Assembly: GCA_902568425.1 (NCBI GenBank)
Contig: CACFQM010000001.1
Location: 967-64,966 of the forward strand
Direction of reading: 5' to 3'
DNA length: 64,000 nt
DNA from: an uncultured Pelagibacteraceae bacterium
GTDB lineage: Bacteria > Pseudomonadota > Alphaproteobacteria > Pelagibacterales > Pelagibacteraceae
Of this stretch, positions 38,260 through 46,947 are shown piece after piece (within the stretch, counting starts at the first letter, position 1; the number at the start of each line of letters is the position of its first letter). The position numbers and the translations under genes are program-made. The notes below the pieces were generated by a model that was not told where the DNA came from, did no database searches, and worked only from the letters and a program-made list of their open reading frames with translations.

Positions 38260-38297
38260 AAGTGACGAGAAGCTACAATTAAGGGTTTTAAAAGTCA

Positions 38298-39134
38298 ATG
38301 AATAAAGATACTAATCAATTTATGGCACAAATTAACGCTTACAGAATGGATGGTCTAGGAAATAATTTTATAATTATTGATAGAAGATTGGATAATTTTG
38401 AATTAGATAAAAATAAAATCACTAACCTGTCAAATAAAAAGGCTATCCCGTTTGACCAATTAATTACTATTGAAAAAAATGATGGTAAAGAATACCCAAT
38501 AAAAATTTTTAATTCTGATGGAATTGAAGTTTCTGCTTGCGGTAATGGAGTTAGATGTATTGCATATTTGATTTACCAAGAAAAAAAAGACAAAAGTATT
38601 GCCATAAAAACTAATGAAAGAGTTTTGTTTGCTGAAATAGTGGGTGAAAAAAATGTTAAAATTAACATGGGTAAACCTAAATTTAGTTGGAATGAAATTC
38701 CTTTAAGTCAAAAAGTGAATACACAGGAAATTCTTATTGATTTTTTAGAAAAAGATTATGGGTTAGGTTTCTGTGTAAATGTGGGAAATCCACATATCAT
38801 TTATTTTGTAGATGAATGTACAAGAATAGATATTAAAGAACTAGGTAGTAGAGTGGAAAATTATAAACTTTTTCCAGAAAGAATAAATGTAACTTTTGCA
38901 CAGATTCTGGATAAAAAAAATATTAAAGTTAATGTTTGGGAAAGAGGAGCTGGACTTACAAAGGCATGTGGTACAGCCGCTTGTGCTACAGCAGTTGCGG
39001 CATTTAAAAAAGGGCTGGTTGGCGAAAATTCGATAATCCATTTTAAAGATGGTGATCTTCAAATTGATTATAAAGATGAAATATTTATGACGGGGCCAGT
39101 TTCTGATATTAAAAAAATCGATCTAAAAATTTAA
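38298..39134 (+). CDS. dapF: diaminopimelate epimerase
   Basis: MDGLGNNFIIID, the active-site Cys contexts SACGNGVRC and TKACGTAACA, and GNPH. An alternative start at 38322 (MAQINAY) is possible. Confidence 0.92.
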   Translation: MNKDTNQFMAQINAYRMDGLGNNFIIIDRRLDNFELDKNKITNLSNKKAIPFDQLITIEKNDGKEYPIKIFNSDGIEVSACGNGVRCIAYLIYQEKKDKSIAIKTNERVLFAEIVGEKNVKINMGKPKFSWNEIPLSQKVNTQEILIDFLEKDYGLGFCVNVGNPHIIYFVDECTRIDIKELGSRVENYKLFPERINVTFAQILDKKNIKVNVWERGAGLTKACGTAACATAVAAFKKGLVGENSIIHFKDGDLQIDYKDEIFMTGPVSDIKKIDLKI

Positions 39135-40012
39135 TGAAATTTTTTGAAAATTTAAATTTTAGTGAATTATTCAGTAAAAAAAAGATTGATAATAACTTAC
39201 TTGATAAATTTGAAGAACTATTAATTGAGTCAGATGTTGGAACAGAAATAGCTTCCGAGTTGAAGGAGAAATTCAAAAAAGAAAAAATTGGTAAAGAAAT
39301 TAAAGATGAAAAAGAAATATTTGAATTTTTAGGAAATCAAATATCTAAAATATTAGAACCACACGAAAGAAAATTTGATGATCTTAATAAGAATTCACCG
39401 ACAATAATTGTTGTTGCTGGAGTAAATGGGGTTGGAAAGACTACTACGATTGGTAAATTAGGCAGACTATTTAAAAATAGTGGAAAAAAAATAGTTTTTG
39501 GTGCTGCAGATACTTTCAGGGCTGCAGCGATTGATCAACTAGAGCTTTGGTCAAAAAAAATTGGGGCAGAATTTATTAAATCTGATTTAGGGACAGATCC
39601 TGCATCTGTTGGATATAAAACTGCAAAATTTGCAGAAGAAAATAAATTAGATATAGCATTTATTGATACGGCAGGAAGATTACAAAATAAAAAAAATCTT
39701 ATGGAAGAATATAAGAAAATATTTACAGTTTTAAAAAAAATAAATCCCGAATATCCACATGAAACTATTTTAGTTTTAGATGCAACAACAGGTCAAAATG
39801 CAATTAATCAGGTTGAGGAATTTAAAAAAATTTCTAACTTAACTGGTTTAATTATTACCAAGATGGATACTTCTGCAAAGGGAGGAATTTTATTGGCGAT
39901 AAGTAAAAAGTTTGGTCTACCAATTATTGCAATTGGAATGGGAGAAAAAGACACTGACCTTTATCCATTTAGTTCAAATAATTTTTCAAAAATATTAGTT
40001 AACAATAAATGA
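39134..40012 (+). CDS. ftsY: signal recognition particle receptor FtsY (short form)
   Basis: GVNGVGKTTTIGKL, DTAGRLQN, and TKMDTSAKGG. Confidence 0.95.
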   Translation: MKFFENLNFSELFSKKKIDNNLLDKFEELLIESDVGTEIASELKEKFKKEKIGKEIKDEKEIFEFLGNQISKILEPHERKFDDLNKNSPTIIVVAGVNGVGKTTTIGKLGRLFKNSGKKIVFGAADTFRAAAIDQLELWSKKIGAEFIKSDLGTDPASVGYKTAKFAEENKLDIAFIDTAGRLQNKKNLMEEYKKIFTVLKKINPEYPHETILVLDATTGQNAINQVEEFKKISNLTGLIITKMDTSAKGGILLAISKKFGLPIIAIGMGEKDTDLYPFSSNNFSKILVNNK

Positions 40013-40488
40013 AAATAAAAAGTAATTTAGAACCTTTAATATCTGGAATATCTGCAGCAATAGTTATAGGTATTCTCGCTTTTCTAACTTTAAGAACTTC
40101 AGCTGGAGTATGGTTAATGTTTTCATTTGGAGCAACTGTTTTTCTTGTTTTTGCTCTTTACAATTTAGATACAGCTCAACCAAAGAATATTTTTTGGGGC
40201 CATTTAGTTTCAGTTTTAGTCGGAATTATTTTTAATGAGACTATAGGATTTTCATTTTATTCACTTGGTTTATCGGTTGGTGTTGCTGTAGCACTGATGG
40301 TCTACTTAAAAATTATGCATCCTCCAGCTGCGTCAAATCCAATAGTAGTTTTATTTACTGACGTATCTTTCGAGTACATATTGTTTCCGGTTATATTTGG
40401 CACAATAGCCATAATTCTAATGTCGATTTTTATAAACAGAATAATTTTAAAAAGAAAATATCCAAAAAAGAAGGATTGGTTATATTGA
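40009..40488 (+). CDS. HPP family membrane protein
   Basis: 159 aa with four hydrophobic helices and the eponymous MHPPAASNP motif. Confidence 0.75.
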   Translation: MKIKSNLEPLISGISAAIVIGILAFLTLRTSAGVWLMFSFGATVFLVFALYNLDTAQPKNIFWGHLVSVLVGIIFNETIGFSFYSLGLSVGVAVALMVYLKIMHPPAASNPIVVLFTDVSFEYILFPVIFGTIAIILMSIFINRIILKRKYPKKKDWLY

Positions 40489-41271
40489 TTTTAAGAATTT
40501 ATTTAAAGCCTCTAATAAGTTTTCATTGTACTCCATCATATGATCATCTTCTTTAGGAAAATAAGAGTGTTTAGGCTCATTAGCTTCTAAAAAAACTTTT
40601 TTACCCATTTTAAATGGGACTATTTTATCTTTCTCTCCGTGCATAATTAAAATTGGAACTTTAATATTTTTTAATTTTTTTACAGTTTCGTATCTATCTT
40701 TAAGTAAAAAAGAAACTGGTAAATAGAAATAATAATGTTTGCCTGCGTCAACCATTGATGTGAAAGGAGACTCTAAAATAATTCCGGCAAAATTTTTATT
40801 TTGTGCTACTTCAGCAGAAACACCAGTACCAAGCGACTCTCCGTAAATAATAATTTGTTTATCCTCGACACCTTGTTTGTTTAACCATTTTAAAGCGTCT
40901 CTGGCATCCTGGTATAATCCTGCTTCTGTTGGGTTACCCTCATTTCCGCTGAAGCCTCTATATGCTACGATTAAAAAATTTATCTCAAAATTTTTAATTA
41001 AATTTAGTTTATATATTCTATTACTTAAATTACCTGCATTTCCATGAAAAAATATCATAGTTTTTTTTTGTTTAAGATTCTTTTTGTGAAACCAAGCTTT
41101 TAATTTTTTACCTTCAGATGTAGGAATATAAATTTCCTCGTATGCAAAATTTATTTTGTCTGATGTGTAATTATTTTCAGATGGATGATAAAGTAGATTT
41201 CTTTGGTAAAAAAATACAAAAATTACTATCAGTAAGTAACATAAAATAATTATAGTTGCTGTAGTAAGCAT
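40480..41271 (-). CDS. alpha/beta hydrolase (BEM46/serine aminopeptidase S33-like)
   Basis: N-terminal TM anchor, an HGNAGN oxyanion region, the nucleophile elbow GESLGTG, and a late HGEKD...DDH. The likely start is MLTTATI (ATG 41269-41271). The tracked ORF extends to 41301. Confidence 0.75.
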   Translation of the reverse strand: MLTTATIIILCYLLIVIFVFFYQRNLLYHPSENNYTSDKINFAYEEIYIPTSEGKKLKAWFHKKNLKQKKTMIFFHGNAGNLSNRIYKLNLIKNFEINFLIVAYRGFSGNEGNPTEAGLYQDARDALKWLNKQGVEDKQIIIYGESLGTGVSAEVAQNKNFAGIILESPFTSMVDAGKHYYFYLPVSFLLKDRYETVKKLKNIKVPILIMHGEKDKIVPFKMGKKVFLEANEPKHSYFPKEDDHMMEYNENLLEALNKFLKSI

Positions 41272-41275
41272 ATAT

Positions 41276-42178
41276 TTAAGTTTTTTTTGCAAAATACACA
41301 CCTATTAACACTAATGAAGCACCTAAATAATGAAAACTTTGGAGCTGTTCACCAAAAAAAATTATCCCATAAATCGCCGCATAAATAGTATATAGATAAA
41401 GAGTAAAGCCAGTGAGAGACGCACCTAAATATTTTTGAACCTTTGCATACAAAGTAAAGGCAATTACACCAGGAGAAATTGCTCCAAATAAAACCCAGAA
41501 TGTAAAGTAAATATCAAAGTTGGTTTGACTGATAAAAATTTCTTCCATTATATAAAACGGTAATAGGTATAATGCTCCGAAAAAAGAAATAAGAGTAAAT
41601 CTAATAAAAAAATTAAATTTAAATTTCCAATGAATTAAATATACAGAGTACAAAGCCCACCCTAATGCAGCTCCTAGCATCCATATATCACCAGCTGTAA
41701 ATTTTGTATTTATTAGAAAATTAATATTTCCCTTACATATAATCGCTAAAACTCCAATTATACAAATCACAAGACCAAAAATTTGTTTTGATTTTATCAG
41801 TTCCCTGAGAATAAAAGTGGAAAGTAAAATTATAAAAACAGGTGAAGATGTATATATTATACCCATGTTTGCCATAGTAGTTGTTTGACCGGCAATAAAA
41901 GGGAATGCACCACAAATTCCACAACCCATTAAACCTAAAAAAAATAACTTTGTAAACTCTGGCTTAATTTTTTTAAAATTTTTAAGTATTGGCTTATAAA
42001 AAAAAGGAATTAACAGAAGGAAAGTAGCTACCCATCTCCAGAATGCAAGGGATATAGGGGGAACAAATTCAACCCCGCCTCTAGCAATAATTAAATTACT
42101 AGACATAAAAATTGGTTGTAAAAATAACAAAAAATATGGAAAAATTTTACTATTACTTATTTTTGATGAAGGCTTCAT
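41276..42178 (-). CDS. EamA/DMT superfamily transporter
   Basis: 300 aa with about 10 TM helices in two similar halves, the typical EamA duplication. Confidence 0.8.
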   Translation of the reverse strand: MKPSSKISNSKIFPYFLLFLQPIFMSSNLIIARGGVEFVPPISLAFWRWVATFLLLIPFFYKPILKNFKKIKPEFTKLFFLGLMGCGICGAFPFIAGQTTTMANMGIIYTSSPVFIILLSTFILRELIKSKQIFGLVICIIGVLAIICKGNINFLINTKFTAGDIWMLGAALGWALYSVYLIHWKFKFNFFIRFTLISFFGALYLLPFYIMEEIFISQTNFDIYFTFWVLFGAISPGVIAFTLYAKVQKYLGASLTGFTLYLYTIYAAIYGIIFFGEQLQSFHYLGASLVLIGVYFAKKT

Positions 42179-42332
42179 AAATCATCATAAAAATTACCAA
42201 GCCCATAAGAATGTAAACTGGAAGAACATCAGTAAAACTGATCATCATTGATCTAGTCAATGTAGTTGCTAGCCCTACTAGGAAGGCTATTGCAAGAGAG
42301 CACCCAACTATACTTGTTAATTTATTCATCAT
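42153..42332 (-). CDS. small two-TM membrane protein, not on the ORF track (59 aa, just under the shortest tracked ORFs)
   Basis: Manual translation gives MMNKLTSIVGCSLAIAFLVGLATTLTRSMMISFTDVLPVYILMGLVIFMMIYEAFIKNK*. Tandem ATGs at 42330-42332 and 42327-42329 overlap the amidase stop, and its own stop at 42153-42155 overlaps the EamA start by 26 nt. It fills an otherwise empty 143-nt spacer. Confidence 0.35.
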   Translation of the reverse strand: MMNKLTSIVGCSLAIAFLVGLATTLTRSMMISFTDVLPVYILMGLVIFMMIYEAFIKNK

Positions 42333-43656
42333 CCCTACACTTTTTTTCTAACCAATTTGCAACACCCAGAAATCTTAAATCATCAAGTTTGTTACCAACC
42401 AATTGAACACCTAATGGTAAGTTATTTTCTCCAGTAAGTAAAGGTAGTGATATAGATGGCAAACCCATGTAGGTCCAGACTGTGCAGAACTCAGGGCTGC
42501 CAGTAAATTTTAATCCTTTGTCAGCCACACCTGTGGATGCGGGTGTAATTACTCCATGATAATCCTCGAAAACTTCACTATACGATCTATAGCTCTGTTC
42601 CATAAAATCTTTAGCTTCAGTGTACTGGCTAGCAGAATATTTCATCCCACGTTCAATTGCTTCAATTAATTTTTTCCCAAGCTTGTTTTTTGAATTTTTG
42701 TAGTATTTTTGAAAACTATTTGCCATGTCAGTCTCATGTAAAACCTGCTGGTGTTTGTGTATGTCTTTAAAATAGGATGGCTCATCAAAAACTTCTATAT
42801 GTTTTTTTAATTTTTTTATTAAAAATTGAAATGCTTTTTGAGAGTCTTTGTCGATATTTTTCCAATTTGAAGTTTTGTAAAATATGAATTTAGGATCAAA
42901 ATGAGGGCCTTTTCTACATTCCTCTAACATTCTTTCAGCTGAATAATGGACTGTATCTTTATCGTATAAATCTTTTTTTATGAGACATTTAGTTAATAAA
43001 GCAACGTCTTCTACATTCTTTCCAAAAACTCCGACATGATCAAGTTTCGATGACTGTTTAAGTACACCATTTCTCGATATTAAACCAAACGAAGGTTTAT
43101 AACCAACGACTCCACAGTAAGAAGCAGGTCGGATAATTGAGCCTTTAGTTTGAGTTCCCAAAGACAAAGGAGCCATGTGAGCTGCAACTACAGCTGCTGA
43201 TCCGCTTGAAGAACCACCTGGCGTTCTGGTTTTATCATGTGGGTTAGTTGTTTTTCCTGGATCAAAGTAAGCAAGTTCAGTTGTAACTGTTTTACCCATA
43301 ATTATTGCTCCTGAAATTTTTAATAAATTTACTACCTCAGCATCTGCACTCTCTGACATACCTTTTCGAAGTACCGTTCCACATTCCGTCGGCATATCTT
43401 GCGTTCCAATAATATCTTTTATTCCAATTGGCAATCCATGAAGTGGTCCAAGTGGTTTACCTGATTTTCTATACTCATCTTTTTCTTCGGCTTTTTCTAA
43501 AAGAAGTTTTTTATCAAAGTAGGCCCACGCTTTTACATCTTTTTCAAATTTATTAATTCTGACAATATATTCTTTGCAAGCATCGACACATGAAATCTCA
43601 CCACTTTTTAATTTTTCAGCTAACTCAATAGCTGTCATTGAAAAGATTTTACTCAT
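42322..43656 (-). CDS. amidase-signature (AS) family amidase
   Basis: GGSSSGSAAVVAA Gly/Ser-rich AS motif and an upstream GIKD Lys context. The substrate cannot be determined from sequence. Confidence 0.85.
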   Translation of the reverse strand: MSKIFSMTAIELAEKLKSGEISCVDACKEYIVRINKFEKDVKAWAYFDKKLLLEKAEEKDEYRKSGKPLGPLHGLPIGIKDIIGTQDMPTECGTVLRKGMSESADAEVVNLLKISGAIIMGKTVTTELAYFDPGKTTNPHDKTRTPGGSSSGSAAVVAAHMAPLSLGTQTKGSIIRPASYCGVVGYKPSFGLISRNGVLKQSSKLDHVGVFGKNVEDVALLTKCLIKKDLYDKDTVHYSAERMLEECRKGPHFDPKFIFYKTSNWKNIDKDSQKAFQFLIKKLKKHIEVFDEPSYFKDIHKHQQVLHETDMANSFQKYYKNSKNKLGKKLIEAIERGMKYSASQYTEAKDFMEQSYRSYSEVFEDYHGVITPASTGVADKGLKFTGSPEFCTVWTYMGLPSISLPLLTGENNLPLGVQLVGNKLDDLRFLGVANWLEKKCRDDE

Positions 43657-43665
43657 AATTTAAAT

Positions 43666-45027
43666 TTAATTTGCAAAAAGTAAGTCGGGCAACCAAAGCG
43701 CAATACCAGGAAACATATACATCAGAAACATCGCAAAGATAACAATTAACAAGAATGGCATAATACCGCTAAAAATTTCTAGTAGTTCTACATTTTTAGT
43801 TTGTACACCTTTTAGATAATAAGCGGACATGGCCATGGGCGGTGTTAAAAATGAAGTTTGAAGGTTTAATGCTATAAGCATTGCAAAAAAATATGGGTTC
43901 ACTCCAAAAAATTCCACCAATGGTAAGAATATTGGCACAAATATAATTAATATCTCAGTCCATTCCAAAGGCCATCCTAAAAGAAAGATAATTATTTGAG
44001 TAATAATTAAAAATTGCCAAGGTTGTAAATTCATAGATTTAAAAAAGTGCTCAAATACTTCATGACCGCCTAAATAAGAGAAGACAGATGCAAAGGTCCA
44101 TGAGCCTATAAACAACCACATAATCATTGCTGTAGTTTTTGCTGTTAAAAAAACTGACTCTTTAAAATTTTTCCATTTTAAGGTTTTATAAAAATAAGAT
44201 AGCACTAAAGCACCGAATGCTCCTACAGCTGCTGCCTCGGCTGGTGTTGCAAGACCTCCTAGAATGGTCCCAAGCACTAATATTATTAATGAAAATAATG
44301 GTAGAAATGAAACCAAAACCTCTTTTAAAATTACTGAACGAGGTGGAATATCTTCTGCAGGTGGTTTAGGCGCAATTGAAGGATTTAAATACGCTCTGGT
44401 AACTGCATATAAAATATATAATCCAGCAAGCATTATTCCTGGTAATATTGCAGCAGCAAATAATCTTAAAGGTGATAATTGAGCAATAACTGAATAAACT
44501 ATAAGCATAATGCTTGGAGGAATTAATATTCCAAGACATCCCCCAGAACAAATGACACCAGATGCAAATTTTTTGTCATAGCCTGCTTTTATCATTGCTG
44601 GCCATGCTAAAAGTCCCATTAACGTTACTACAGCTCCAATAATTCCAGTGGCTGTAGAAAATAAAGCGCAGGTTATTAAAGCTGCAACTGCCATAGATGC
44701 AGGCAATCCATGAGATGCTAAACGAATAGCAAAGAACAATCTTGAAACAATTCCGGCTCTTTCAACAAGATAACCCATAAATAAAAATAAAGGTACGGCG
44801 GTTAGAACGGTGTTGTCCATTACAGTGTAGGTGTTTTGTACAAATAATTGAAATATCCTATTATCTAATAGATGTTCCATTCTTGTTGGATCATAGTACG
44901 CGTAATAACCAAACCCCACACCCATCGCCATTAAAGTAAATGCAATAGGAAATCCTAAAAGGACAGCAAAAAGAAATATTGCCATCATTAGAATTGCTAT
45001 TTCTGGATTTGTTAAACTAAATAACAT
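43666..45027 (-). CDS. dctM: TRAP transporter large permease subunit
   Basis: 453 aa and polytopic. It shows the DctM-like pattern and overlaps dctQ by 11 nt. Confidence 0.9.
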   Translation of the reverse strand: MLFSLTNPEIAILMMAIFLFAVLLGFPIAFTLMAMGVGFGYYAYYDPTRMEHLLDNRIFQLFVQNTYTVMDNTVLTAVPLFLFMGYLVERAGIVSRLFFAIRLASHGLPASMAVAALITCALFSTATGIIGAVVTLMGLLAWPAMIKAGYDKKFASGVICSGGCLGILIPPSIMLIVYSVIAQLSPLRLFAAAILPGIMLAGLYILYAVTRAYLNPSIAPKPPAEDIPPRSVILKEVLVSFLPLFSLIILVLGTILGGLATPAEAAAVGAFGALVLSYFYKTLKWKNFKESVFLTAKTTAMIMWLFIGSWTFASVFSYLGGHEVFEHFFKSMNLQPWQFLIITQIIIFLLGWPLEWTEILIIFVPIFLPLVEFFGVNPYFFAMLIALNLQTSFLTPPMAMSAYYLKGVQTKNVELLEIFSGIMPFLLIVIFAMFLMYMFPGIALWLPDLLFAN

Positions 45028-45601
45028 CTTTTTGATCCTCGTCTTGTGAAGTTCTCATTAATATTTTTTCTGTTTCTTCTGCAACAACCATTCTTGCTGG
45101 CCAGTGACCAGTTTTAATACAAATTATTGATCTACATACTTCGCTAATTCCTTGAATAATTAATAGAACACCAGCTGCAGGTATTAAAGATTTTGCCATA
45201 TAAATTTGTATTTGCGCAGGACTATTCCAGCTTGTTTCTTTTATTTTCCAAGCTAAGGCTGCATATTCATATCCATAAAATGCTAAAGCAAATACACCTG
45301 GAAAGAAAAAGATAAAATATAAAACTAGATCTATATATCCTTGAGTTCTGGGTTTAAATAATCTGTAAAGTACGTCACCTCTTACATGAGCTTCGGTAGA
45401 TAATGTGTAAGCTCCTGCCATCATAAATATCGCACCGTACATTTGTAAACTAAAATCAAAATTCCATAATGTTGGTGCATTAAAAGCATATGCCATTACA
45501 ACTTCGTAACAAGTTCCTCCCATCAAAATAACTATGCACCAAGAGAAGGCCTTGCCGACTGAAGTGCTAAGATGATCTGCAAAAACGATAAATTCCCTCA
45601 T
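45017..45601 (-). CDS. dctQ: TRAP transporter small permease subunit
   Basis: 194 aa with four TM helices, located between the TRAP binding-protein and DctM genes. Confidence 0.8.
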   Translation of the reverse strand: MREFIVFADHLSTSVGKAFSWCIVILMGGTCYEVVMAYAFNAPTLWNFDFSLQMYGAIFMMAGAYTLSTEAHVRGDVLYRLFKPRTQGYIDLVLYFIFFFPGVFALAFYGYEYAALAWKIKETSWNSPAQIQIYMAKSLIPAAGVLLIIQGISEVCRSIICIKTGHWPARMVVAEETEKILMRTSQDEDQKDVI

Positions 45602-45636
45602 AATTTATGTTAGTCCAATTAAATTATAATTTCCAT

Positions 45637-45666
45637 AAAAAAAGGGGGCTTCAAAAAGCCCCCTTT
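45637..45666 (-). terminator. Rho-independent terminator between dctP and dctQM
   Basis: The minus-strand RNA reads GGGGGCUU-UUUG-AAGCCCCC followed by UUUUUUU. The stem is 45644-45651 / 45656-45663, and it starts 17 nt after the dctP stop. Confidence 0.75.
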
Positions 45667-45682
45667 AATTTTTAAAAAGCTA

Positions 45683-46840
45683 CTAAATTTTAACTTTAGC
45701 TATAGCACCGAACTCATTTTCGTATGCCAATTTATAATTTGGCTGATTCATGAGTAAGTACTTCATTACTCTTTTAGCATAAGCTTTTTGTGAAGCTACA
45801 ATTTTTGCAAAGAATGCGTCTTTTTTAACAAAGTCTCCTATAACTTTGTCCCATCCTTTTAATTGTTGAGCTAAGATTTCATCTGAAGTTTGATAAACGT
45901 TTACTTTGTGTTGGTTCATCAATTTAGATAAGTCAGCTGAGTATCTTACTAATGCTTTAAAGTAGTTGTCTGTATTCGCAGCGTACGCAGCATTTTTTAG
46001 AATAGCCTGATGTTGTGGGCTTAATCCATTAAATGTTTTTGTGTTCACAGGAATTTCAAACATCTCTTGAGATTGGTGGAAGCTACCTAAGTGATAATGC
46101 TTAGATACATCTTGCATACCAAACTGTGAGTCTGAAGTTGGGTTATTAAATTCCGCAGCTTCGATCAAACCAGTTTTCATTGCTGGCTGAATTTCTCCAC
46201 CTGGAAGTTGTCTTACAACCATTCCCATAGCTGTTAATACGTTAGTCGCTAGACCAACTGTTCTATATTTCATACCTTTAACATCAGACACTTTAGTTAC
46301 GTTCTTTTTGAACCAACCAAATGGCTGTGCTGGCATTGGCATATGGAAAAGACCAACGTAGTTGAAGCCAACTTTAGAAAGAGTTTCTTCGTAAAGTTTT
46401 CTTCCTCCACCGTACTCCATCCACCCCATAACTTCTTGAGATGACATTCCGTACGAAGGTCCTGTTCCGAACAATGATGCTGCTGGATTTTTTCCGTACC
46501 AGTATGCAGTTACCCAGTGTCCCATATCTAGAACTCCTGAACTTACCGCTTGACCGATTTCAGATGTTTTAACAACAGCTCCAACTGGTTGAAGATCAAT
46601 CTTCAATTCGCCAGCTGACATGTCGCCTACCATTTTTGCAAAGTCGCCAGCCATTTCGAAGAATATATTAGCTCCAGAAGGCCAAGCTGCTTGCATCTTT
46701 AAAGTTTTAGGAGCACCAAATGCTACATTCGGCATTGCAATAGTTGCTGCCGCTGCTGCACCAGTTGCTGCTGCTGCTTTAAAGAACTTACGTCTAGAAG
46801 GAGTTTTAACTCTCTTCAGCGTTTTTTCTTTTTTTGACAT
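45683..46840 (-). CDS. dctP: TRAP transporter substrate-binding protein with a twin-arginine signal peptide
   Basis: 385 aa. It has the N-terminal SRRKFFKAAAATGAAAAATIAMPNVAFG Tat-type signal and a DctP-family body. A GGGAGA Shine-Dalgarno sequence lies 4 nt upstream of the ATG. Confidence 0.88.
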   Translation of the reverse strand: MSKKEKTLKRVKTPSRRKFFKAAAATGAAAAATIAMPNVAFGAPKTLKMQAAWPSGANIFFEMAGDFAKMVGDMSAGELKIDLQPVGAVVKTSEIGQAVSSGVLDMGHWVTAYWYGKNPAASLFGTGPSYGMSSQEVMGWMEYGGGRKLYEETLSKVGFNYVGLFHMPMPAQPFGWFKKNVTKVSDVKGMKYRTVGLATNVLTAMGMVVRQLPGGEIQPAMKTGLIEAAEFNNPTSDSQFGMQDVSKHYHLGSFHQSQEMFEIPVNTKTFNGLSPQHQAILKNAAYAANTDNYFKALVRYSADLSKLMNQHKVNVYQTSDEILAQQLKGWDKVIGDFVKKDAFFAKIVASQKAYAKRVMKYLLMNQPNYKLAYENEFGAIAKVKI

Positions 46841-46852
46841 ATTTGTCTCCCT

Positions 46853-46866
46853 TAGTTAATTAACTA
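46853..46866. promoter_or_regulatory. perfect 14-bp palindrome next to the dctP ribosome-binding site (candidate operator)
   Basis: TAGTTAATTAACTA is self-complementary. It ends 2 nt from the GGGAGA SD, in the 107-nt spacer upstream of dctP. Confidence 0.25.
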
Positions 46867-46947
46867 GTCGAATTATTTAAGCACAAATATATTTGAGAGT
46901 CTCGGTCAGAATTAATAAAGTTTTGATAGATTCAATTCTAGATTGTG

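Noticed and set aside
38178-38297. SRP (4.5S) RNA next to ffh. The motif C-GGAA-G at 38257-38262 looks like the GNRA tetraloop of SRP domain IV.
   Set aside because: The nearly invariant flanks of bacterial SRP RNA (AGGUCC-GGAA-GGAAGCAGC, symmetric-loop AGG/AGCA) are absent on both strands, and the overall fold is three short hairpins rather than one long helix.
45683-46840. The locally higher GC of dctP (runs such as GCTGCCGCTGCTGCACCAGTTGCTGCTGCTGC), considered as a sign of horizontal transfer.
   Set aside because: The GC-rich stretch encodes the Ala-rich Tat signal. The remainder is compatible with the codon bias of a highly expressed binding protein. There are no flanking mobility genes or repeats.
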